Shown piece by piece: positions 56,640-64,000 of a DNA stretch of 64,000 nt; position 1 is the stretch's first letter, and each line of letters begins with the position of its first letter. The position numbers were made by a program, and so were the translations under genes. This stretch comes from an uncultured Myxococcales bacterium (GTDB lineage Bacteria > Myxococcota_A > UBA9042): assembly GCA_903883645.1 (NCBI GenBank), contig CAISBR010000004.1, positions 13,461 to 77,460 on the forward strand, given 5' to 3'. Under the pieces are notes generated by a model. That model saw only the letters and a program-made list of their open reading frames with translations, had not been told where the DNA came from and did no database searches.

Positions 56640-58700
56640 ATGCTCAAACAAATTATATGGTTGTTGTTGATCGGCTCACTGTCGATCGGCTGCGAAGCCA
56701 ATTCGTCGACCACGGCCGAGACCGATGCCACGACGGCCGACACCGTCAGCCAATTCGACCTAACGACGCAGATGTACGTGGGCGAGCAAACCGGCGCGAT
56801 GGCCCGCTACGAGCTGGCGGCCGGCGACTGGCACGCCCTACCCTTCCCCAGCGATACCCGATTGGGGGCCGATGGCAAGGTCGATTTCTCGGGCTTCCCA
56901 GCCGCGCGCGATGGTGAATCTGCACAATTACTAAAAGATTACCTGAGCTATGCACCTGATGCGCAAAAGGGTGGCTTCTCGATCCAGCCGACGATCTATG
57001 TGCAGTTCGACCTGCCGCTCGATGCCAGCCAGCTGTATGCGCCGCTCGACAGCCCCAAGCAGCTGGGCAACTACTTCGTGACGGGTTTGGATGCGCAATC
57101 GCCCGATTATGGCCAGTCGCTGCCGGTGCGCGCCGCCCTGTCGCCGACCAAGCGTGGGCAGCACCTGTTGCCCAACCTGCTGATGATTCAGCCTGTTTGG
57201 GGCAAACCACTGCTGCCGGGGCATCGCTACGGGCTCGTGGTGCGGCGCTCGCTCAAAGACGCGGCGGGCAAGGTGCTGGGGCAGCCGCTGGTGGTCCAAC
57301 AGGTGACGGCGGCGTGGCGCAAGGGCGCGGACCCTGCGACGGAGCACCCCGAATTGGCTAAGCTGGCGGCGAGCTTACAGCCCCTGCACCAAGCGATGCT
57401 GGCGGGCAAGGTGCCTGTGGCCTACGACGACATTGCGGCGATGACGGTTTTTACCACAGCCGACCCGGCCAAAGAGCTAAAGGACATGGCCGAGTGGGTG
57501 CGCACGAAGTGGCAGACCAAGGCGGCGACGGGCTGGAAGATTAGCAAAAAGACCAACAACTACTGGATGGTCGAGGCCACATATCCCAGTCCGAATTACC
57601 AGCAGGGCAAGTGCCCGTACGATGCGCCGGGCAGCGGCGGGTTTGCGTACGATGCCAAGGGCGAGCCGATTGTAGATCACGACGAAATGCTGCGGGTTTC
57701 GGTGATGTTGCCGGTGACGCGCCCCGTGGATGCGGCCGGTAAGACGCCGCTAGTGCTGTCGGCCCATGGCACGGGTGGCGACTACCAAAGCTACGCTAGC
57801 GGTGGGCCGTACGACATTGCAAACTACCTGGCCGTGCAGGGTTTAGCCATTGCCTCGGTCGATCAGCCCTTGCACGGACCGCGCTGTGAGCCGCAGCTGA
57901 CGGATATGGCACTAGGGCTCAAGACCTTTAATTACACGAATATGGTGGCCGGTCGCGGCGGTTTTCGCCAGTCCGCGATCGATACGGTGGTGCTGAACCA
58001 GATGGCCGCCCATGGCCTGCTCGACCCGCCGGCCGAACTGTCGCCCAAGGGCGCGCAGTATCACCTAGATGGCGGGCGAACTAGCTTTATCGGCCATAGC
58101 CAAGGCGGCATTTCGGGGGCGCTGGTGGTGGCGATCGAGCCGTCGATCAAGGCGTTTGTGCTGTCGGGCGCGGGCGCGGGGCTGTCGCTGACCATCATGC
58201 AGCGCATCGATCCGCTGCCGATCGCGGAGCTGATCACCAAGATGCTGCACCTAGATGAGGGGGAGCTGAGCGAATTCCACCCTGCGATCAGCTTAGTACA
58301 GACCCTTGCCGATGTGGTGGACCCGCTGGCCTATGGCTACCAAGCTACGGAGCGCCTGCCGGGTGTGCGGCCGCCACACATTTTGCTGACCGAGGGCAAG
58401 CTCGATGTGTATACGCCTGCCGACACCTCGGAAGCGCTGGCGGCGTGCCTGGGGCTCGATGTGCTGACGCCGCTGGTGCACATGGGCGATGCCATGCAAC
58501 TGCGCGGTACACAGGTGCTTTCGCCGCCGGTGACCGACAACCAAGCGCGCAACGGCTTCCCCACGACGCTGGTGCTGTCGCAGTGGGCGCACGACGGGCA
58601 CTTTGCCATCTTCGACGAGGCGAATGCTGCGTGGCTGTACGCGAATTTCTTGCAGAGCGTGGCCAAGACGGGTGACGGCACTGCGGCATTTCAGGACTAG
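56640..58700 (+). CDS. Alpha/beta-hydrolase lipoprotein
   Basis: Lipobox SIGC; PFPSD, AHGTGG, DQPLHG, GHSQG nucleophile elbow, late Asp and GHF His. Confidence 0.8.
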   Translation: MLKQIIWLLLIGSLSIGCEANSSTTAETDATTADTVSQFDLTTQMYVGEQTGAMARYELAAGDWHALPFPSDTRLGADGKVDFSGFPAARDGESAQLLKDYLSYAPDAQKGGFSIQPTIYVQFDLPLDASQLYAPLDSPKQLGNYFVTGLDAQSPDYGQSLPVRAALSPTKRGQHLLPNLLMIQPVWGKPLLPGHRYGLVVRRSLKDAAGKVLGQPLVVQQVTAAWRKGADPATEHPELAKLAASLQPLHQAMLAGKVPVAYDDIAAMTVFTTADPAKELKDMAEWVRTKWQTKAATGWKISKKTNNYWMVEATYPSPNYQQGKCPYDAPGSGGFAYDAKGEPIVDHDEMLRVSVMLPVTRPVDAAGKTPLVLSAHGTGGDYQSYASGGPYDIANYLAVQGLAIASVDQPLHGPRCEPQLTDMALGLKTFNYTNMVAGRGGFRQSAIDTVVLNQMAAHGLLDPPAELSPKGAQYHLDGGRTSFIGHSQGGISGALVVAIEPSIKAFVLSGAGAGLSLTIMQRIDPLPIAELITKMLHLDEGELSEFHPAISLVQTLADVVDPLAYGYQATERLPGVRPPHILLTEGKLDVYTPADTSEALAACLGLDVLTPLVHMGDAMQLRGTQVLSPPVTDNQARNGFPTTLVLSQWAHDGHFAIFDEANAAWLYANFLQSVAKTGDGTAAFQD

Positions 58701-58706
58701 GCTCCC

Positions 58707-59375
58707 ATGCGCCGCCTGCTGCTGCTGAATTTGAATCTGGACCCTACGGAACTACATGGGTGTACACAGATTTCGGCGGCGATGCGCGAGGTAGACGCGC
58801 AAGTGACCATCGCGCACTTTGCGACGTGGCCCGATGCCACCGGGTTTGATGGGGTCGTACTTGGGCCACAGGGCACGCCATTTGCGGCCTATCCCCTCGA
58901 TTTTCTTAGTAACCTGCGGCAGTGGAGCCTGGGTCTGCGCGCGCCGGTGCTGGCAATTTGCGGCGGCATGCAGGCGCTGGCGCTGGCCCACGGCGGCCAA
59001 CTGGGTGGCGTAGACGGCGGGCCGCAGGCGCAAGGGCTGCACTACGGCGAAATTCCGCGCATTTCTGGTCCAACGGCCGTAGCGCTGACGGCGGCGCTGC
59101 CCAGCGAGTGGCAGGGGCCAGCAGCGGCCGAGCTGCGCCAACTGTGGAAAATTCCGCAGCTGCTGTGGCAGAGCCACGCGGAGCAACTGACGGTGCTGCC
59201 GCCGGCCTGGATGGTTTTGGCCCACAGCGTCAAGACACCGGTCGAAGCGTACACCGTGGCGGAAAAACGCTGGCTTGGCTGCCAGTTTCATGCCGAACGC
59301 GGCTGGCTGGGCGACGAAACCGCGTGTCCGGCCGGCAAGCTGCTGCTGGCAGCATGGACGCAGAACCTTGGCTAA
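58707..59375 (+). CDS. Class I glutamine amidotransferase-like protein
   Basis: ICGGMQ nucleophile, SH, QFHAE His-x-Glu. Confidence 0.8.
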   Translation: MRRLLLLNLNLDPTELHGCTQISAAMREVDAQVTIAHFATWPDATGFDGVVLGPQGTPFAAYPLDFLSNLRQWSLGLRAPVLAICGGMQALALAHGGQLGGVDGGPQAQGLHYGEIPRISGPTAVALTAALPSEWQGPAAAELRQLWKIPQLLWQSHAEQLTVLPPAWMVLAHSVKTPVEAYTVAEKRWLGCQFHAERGWLGDETACPAGKLLLAAWTQNLG

Positions 59376-61541
59376 CTATTGACGAAAGGCGGCGCGAACG
59401 GCTTGAGCGATCGGCTTGGCCGCGTCAAAGCGGTCGGCGGGCTTCTTGGCCATAGCGCGGAAGACGACGGCAACAATATCGACTGGCAGCTCTGGGTTGT
59501 AGCTGCGGGGATCTGGCACCGGATCGACCGCGTGCGACACGAAGACATTGCCCTGTACAAACGGCAAGTAGCCCGTGCACATCCGAAATAGAATGACCCC
59601 AAGCGCATAAATATCGGCGCGATGGTCGACCGCCGAGCCGTCGAGCTGCTCGGGCGCCATGTAGTACGGCGTACCGGCCAGCACCGAATTTTCGCCAAAC
59701 CCCTCGTTCAGCACGCGGGCGAGACCAAAATCCAGAAGCTTTACCTTACCTTTCTTGTCGACGAGGATATTATCGGGCTTGATATCGCGGTGCACCATGC
59801 CCTGGGCGTGGGCGTTGTCGAGGGCCTCGCACAGCTGGTCGAGGATGCTACAAAGCCACTGCTTGTCGGCAATCGGCACGCCGTGGTTCATGTACGCGGT
59901 GAGCGGCTGCCCGTCGACGTACTCCATGCAGTACCACGGCACGCCGTCGGTCTCGCCCATGTCGTAGATGTGCACAATATTCGGGTGGTTCAAGGCCGCG
60001 GCCAGCTGTACCTCGCGCAAGAAGTAGCGGCGCGCCACCTCGGTGGGCATGGTGCCCTCGATCATGAACTTGAGCACAACCTGGCGCCCCAACAGCTTGT
60101 CGGTGGCGCCAAACACGATGCCGTTGCCCCCCTGGCCCAGCCGCGACAGACCGGCGTAGCGCGCCGCAAGACTGAACGGGACACCTTGCGGCCAGCCAGG
60201 TTCGGGCAGATCCGCCGGAACGTCGAGGTCGCCGTCGAGCGCCGTTTGCGTCGCCTCGCTGGCTAAGCGACCGGCATCTGGTATCGGGACCGACAGCCGC
60301 GATGCCGAGGGTCTAGCCGCCAATGCAGGCATTTCTTGAGGAGTTTTGGGTGCAACACGGGCGGCGGTCGCCTTGAGCCAGCCCTCGACTTCAGACCCCT
60401 CGGCCGCCAGCGGCAGCAGTCGCTCGATAGCGGCACGGGCACTGAGGTGGTCGCCCGCGCCCAAAAATGCCTCGACCGCCTGACGGCCAATCGCCAACCG
60501 CTCGTCAGCCGGCAGCGGCACCTTGAGCAGGGTCAGCAGCGTGCGACCGCCGGCCACTAAGTCGCCATTCTGAAACAGCATCTCAGATGCCAGCTTGGTC
60601 AGCTCAGTAAAGCCCGGGTCGCTGGGCTTGGCCGAACTGGCAATGCGCAGCGCTTCTTCGGGCTTGCCCCCCGCGAGCCGCAGCTTGACCGCCGCCAAGC
60701 GGTCGCCCTCGCGCAGCAGGCACTCGATGACCTTTTCGGTATCGCCGGCCCGCTGAAAGTAGACCGCAGCCTTGCGGTAGGCACCGGCGCGCACGAGCAG
60801 GGCCGCGGCTTCGGCAAACGCGCCGGCCTCGTTGTAGTGCTCAAGCGCCGCATCGCCCTGCCCCAGTTGCTCGAGCAGCCGCCCCATATGCAGGTGATCA
60901 CCTAGCTTTTCGTAACAATTGAGCGCGCGCTGGGGCTGCTGCGCTTGCAACCAGCGCTCCGCCGCGCCGGCCCACTCGCCAGAAGACTCAAGGACCTCAG
61001 CCTCGAGCCCCACAGCACGCTGCGGCTGCCCCGCCGCCCGGTACAGTGCCGCCGCTTTCTGCGCGTGCCCCGCCTTTAGATGAAAGTCGGCCGCGACCGC
61101 CTTGTCGCCCACTTGCTCGGCAGCCTCGGCCGCCCCATGCCAATCCTCGAGCCGAATCAGCGTCTTGAGCAAGCGCCGCGGGTTGTTGGCACGCTGGTAA
61201 CAATGGGCTGCGGCCTTGTCGTCGCCGGCTTGCTCAAAGAGTTCAGCCGCTTGGTCCCAGTGTTTGCCTGAGCGAAAGGCCTTGGCCGCGTCTATGGTCT
61301 GGCCCAACTGCAAATAGAGCTCGCCCGCTTGATTCCACTCACCGGCATCCATGGCCAGTTTGGCCGCGGTGGCCGTCTCGCCATCGTCGAGCGCTTTCTG
61401 CCAATCGGGTATGGATTTGACGGGTTCAGCACTCTGGTCGCGCGCAAATTTCTGCATCATGCGCACAATCAGATAGCCGCCACCGCCGACCACTAGGGCC
61501 ACAATGGCGTAACTGACAACGCGCGGGTCAATGCCGTCCAT
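59376..61541 (-). CDS. Membrane-anchored Ser/Thr protein kinase with alpha-solenoid repeats
   Basis: N-terminal TM; WxxAAE..AG repeats; GQGGNG, VVLK, HRDIKPDN, DFG, YMAPE. Confidence 0.92.
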   Translation of the reverse strand: MDGIDPRVVSYAIVALVVGGGGYLIVRMMQKFARDQSAEPVKSIPDWQKALDDGETATAAKLAMDAGEWNQAGELYLQLGQTIDAAKAFRSGKHWDQAAELFEQAGDDKAAAHCYQRANNPRRLLKTLIRLEDWHGAAEAAEQVGDKAVAADFHLKAGHAQKAAALYRAAGQPQRAVGLEAEVLESSGEWAGAAERWLQAQQPQRALNCYEKLGDHLHMGRLLEQLGQGDAALEHYNEAGAFAEAAALLVRAGAYRKAAVYFQRAGDTEKVIECLLREGDRLAAVKLRLAGGKPEEALRIASSAKPSDPGFTELTKLASEMLFQNGDLVAGGRTLLTLLKVPLPADERLAIGRQAVEAFLGAGDHLSARAAIERLLPLAAEGSEVEGWLKATAARVAPKTPQEMPALAARPSASRLSVPIPDAGRLASEATQTALDGDLDVPADLPEPGWPQGVPFSLAARYAGLSRLGQGGNGIVFGATDKLLGRQVVLKFMIEGTMPTEVARRYFLREVQLAAALNHPNIVHIYDMGETDGVPWYCMEYVDGQPLTAYMNHGVPIADKQWLCSILDQLCEALDNAHAQGMVHRDIKPDNILVDKKGKVKLLDFGLARVLNEGFGENSVLAGTPYYMAPEQLDGSAVDHRADIYALGVILFRMCTGYLPFVQGNVFVSHAVDPVPDPRSYNPELPVDIVAVVFRAMAKKPADRFDAAKPIAQAVRAAFRQ

Positions 61542-61559
61542 CTGCCTCCGCTAGCTATG

Positions 61560-63515
61560 CTAACGCGGTTGGGGCTGCATTCCAAGCGAGCGGCTGGGGT
61601 GCCAACGATACAAGCCAACGCGCAGCGCAGCATTGCGGCCGTACCAGGCAAAAGTGGCCGTGTCGCTGTGATTCGGCAGGTCGAACTCCCAGATAGGCTC
61701 CATGTCGCTGTGGTGGGCCAAGCGCTCGCAGTCGGGCTGCTCGTAGTCCTGCCGTTTGGTCGGCCCGCCCAAGGGCAAGGCGTGGCAGCGCAGCGAACGG
61801 AACACATACAGGGGCACCACGGGCTGCGCCCCTGCATCGAGCGACTGCCGCACTTGACCGACAGGCACAGGCCGCAACCCTGCAGAACGCAACCACCACG
61901 TCGGCCAATGCAGATGCAGACCTTGGGCCGGCTCGTCGGCATAGCTGCGCAGCGCCACCACCCCGGGCGGCAGGTTCGACGCCAGCAGCTTGGTTAACAG
62001 CTCGTCTTCGTCGTGGGCAGCCGTGCGGCGCAGCGTAGCCGGAAGGGTTGCTAACACGCCAATAGTCCACAAAATTACCAGACTCCAGCGCAGCCGAGGC
62101 CGGGGTGCAAGGGCCGGCTCACCCAATGCGACCAACGCAACGGTGGCCAGCACCTGAGCGGGGGCCTGCAGACGCGGCAGCGAAGTCTCGTTGTAGTCGA
62201 GCCAACTGGGCAGCAGCGACAGGAGCGCCACGACCAGCAATGCCAGCCAGCGCCAGGTGCGCCGCTCGGCGCTGGGCAGCCACAGCACCGCTGCCACCAG
62301 CGCAAGCCAGGCCACCAGCGGCCACCAATCGGGGCGCCAGAGCACCGCGTCGTGCAGAAGGTGCTGGGGCAAATCGGCGGCAAATCGCTGCACTTGCGGC
62401 AAGTTGCCAGCCATTTGATCGGTCCTTGCGCGGTCGCTGGCCAGCCACGCCACCGAGCCGAGGACTCCTGCCGCGGGCACAGCGGCCAGCCAATGCCAGC
62501 GCTTCGGCGCGGCGGCAGCAGAGGGGGCAATCCAAGCCATCGCGAGGACAGTTAAGACGGCCGTGGGCAGGAGGTCGGCGCGGCACAACACGGCGTAACT
62601 TAAGCTAGCGGCAAGGGTCGTCGCCGAAAGCCAACTGGCACTGCGGCGAACGTCGACCGCGGCCCAGGCCGCCAAGCCCAGCGCGGCTAGCGCCGGCACA
62701 TGCATAGACTCACTGACATCATTGCGCAAAATTACGGGTGTCGCCGCCAGCGCGAGGCCTGCCCACTGCGCGGACCCAAGCCTGCCCGTAGCCTGCGCCG
62801 CCGCCGCCGTCCACGCCGCCACACCCAGGCTGCCGATGACAAGTTGCACCGCGTGCACCAGTTGCGGCGACTCGCCCACAGGCCCCAGGAGCCACGCCCA
62901 TGGCACCAGGGCACCCGGGCCGTAACGCGGCACACTGTCTAAGAAACGCGCCTGGTCAAACCACTCGTAGGCGAAATAGACCGCCGTCCAGCGCCACGGC
63001 CACAGCAACCGCAAAAGCAGCGACAAGGCGAAGATACGCGCAATAAGCCGGCGCTCCGGCCCCTGCAAGCGCAAAAGCAGCGCCACGCCCAGGGGCAGTA
63101 GCGCACCCGCCACGAGGGCCGCAATGGTGAGCAAGATGCGGTCGAGGCGGTTCGCGGCAGGCAAATCGGTGCCGGCGCGCACCTCCGACCAGGCGGGCCA
63201 GCGCGAGGCCAAGCCTTGCAAAGCTGCATCGCGCCAAGCTAAACAGCTTAGATCACGGCTGGCAGTTGCGGGCAGCGCCGGGCGCAGCAGGTTATCGAGC
63301 TCGAAATGGCAGGCGGCACGCCCTTGGGGCTGCAGGCGCCATCCACCTGGAACTTGAGTGGCGACGCCCTGCGGGTCAAGCGCCGCCAGCAGTTGCTGCC
63401 ATTGTGCCGTGGTAGGTAGTGCCGGCTGCGGTCGCGCGCGGGGCACCGCCAGCACCAGGGTAGCCGACAGCAGCGCCCCAGCTAGAGCAGTAACAACCCA
63501 GCGCGAACCGGCCAC
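61560..63515 (-). CDS. Polytopic membrane protein, GT-C (ArnT/PMT-like) glycosyltransferase candidate
   Basis: More than 10 hydrophobic helices; ATP...SESMHVP and LCRAD loops; soluble C-terminal domain. Confidence 0.55.
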   Translation of the reverse strand: MAGSRWVVTALAGALLSATLVLAVPRARPQPALPTTAQWQQLLAALDPQGVATQVPGGWRLQPQGRAACHFELDNLLRPALPATASRDLSCLAWRDAALQGLASRWPAWSEVRAGTDLPAANRLDRILLTIAALVAGALLPLGVALLLRLQGPERRLIARIFALSLLLRLLWPWRWTAVYFAYEWFDQARFLDSVPRYGPGALVPWAWLLGPVGESPQLVHAVQLVIGSLGVAAWTAAAAQATGRLGSAQWAGLALAATPVILRNDVSESMHVPALAALGLAAWAAVDVRRSASWLSATTLAASLSYAVLCRADLLPTAVLTVLAMAWIAPSAAAAPKRWHWLAAVPAAGVLGSVAWLASDRARTDQMAGNLPQVQRFAADLPQHLLHDAVLWRPDWWPLVAWLALVAAVLWLPSAERRTWRWLALLVVALLSLLPSWLDYNETSLPRLQAPAQVLATVALVALGEPALAPRPRLRWSLVILWTIGVLATLPATLRRTAAHDEDELLTKLLASNLPPGVVALRSYADEPAQGLHLHWPTWWLRSAGLRPVPVGQVRQSLDAGAQPVVPLYVFRSLRCHALPLGGPTKRQDYEQPDCERLAHHSDMEPIWEFDLPNHSDTATFAWYGRNAALRVGLYRWHPSRSLGMQPQPR

Positions 63516-63521
63516 AGGGCC

Positions 63522-64000
63522 TCAGCGACCGACGGCGAGCAGCTTGTAGCCGTTCTCGAACAAGACGCGCGCCTTGCCGATGCCAACGCTCTCGACGATG
63601 CCGAAGCCGAAGGTGGCGTGGTCGAGCAGCAAACCCGGCTCGGGGTGCAGCGTCGGCGCGTAGCCGGTGGCCTTGGCGCGGTCGAGTTGCGCCATGCTGC
63701 GCTGCCACACCAGGCGGGCGGCGCGGATTTCGATCGGGTCTTCTTTTGGAGCAGCGGCCGCCCGGGTCTTCGTCGACTTGGGCGCGCGCTCGCGCTTGGG
63801 CTCGGCGCTCGCCTTGGCCACTTCGCGCGCCGTCTTGTACTTGTGGGTGCCCGCGCAGGTCCGGCAGCGCACCTGCACCACTTCGAGGCCGACCATTGCC
63901 ACGATGATATGTTCGAGGACTCGTCCGCACTTGCTGCACCATGCTTCGACGTCGCGGCCGACCGCAGGTTGGGTGGCGTCGCGGGCAAGGCGGTGAATTC
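63522..64000 (-). CDS. Zinc-ribbon protein with C-terminal SH3-like domain (start lies beyond the window)
   Basis: Frame is open to the window edge; WCSKC...H...CRTC...H; HATFGFGIV. Confidence 0.75.
   Translation of the reverse strand, partial: IHRLARDATQPAVGRDVEAWCSKCGRVLEHIIVAMVGLEVVQVRCRTCAGTHKYKTAREVAKASAEPKRERAPKSTKTRAAAAPKEDPIEIRAARLVWQRSMAQLDRAKATGYAPTLHPEPGLLLDHATFGFGIVESVGIGKARVLFENGYKLLAVGR

Overview
GC-rich bacterial chromosome segment that looks myxobacterial (Myxococcota-like; inferred from gene content, not from a marker gene). I call about 50 CDSs and 2 tRNAs and see no mobile element or CRISPR array. Housekeeping genes are prfB (programmed +1 frameshift), tRNA-Lys/tRNA-Glu, lepA, hisD, rpsT, deoC, cobA/sirC-like and mlaE. 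They are interleaved with many secreted Cys-rich lipoproteins (Kazal-like, Dictyostelium-type plus NHL, teneurin-like Ca-binding repeats). Best candidates for undescribed biology: (1) a TAXI-type solute-binding domain fused to a complete prokaryotic pentameric ligand-gated ion channel with an atypical pore helix (Leu at 2'/6'/9', Glu at 13'), translationally coupled to a prolyl oligopeptidase lipoprotein; (2) a five-gene surface cluster with a signal-peptide-bearing phage-tail-fibre-like protein, a small outer-membrane barrel and two lipoproteins sharing one C-terminal Cys module; (3) a DeoC with a microcompartment encapsulation-like peptide; (4) a four-repeat helical protein of unknown family; (5) a MerB-like protein lacking catalytic residues; (6) an FHA/poly-proline/coiled-coil giant. 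All family calls come from motif recognition by eye; no database search was run.
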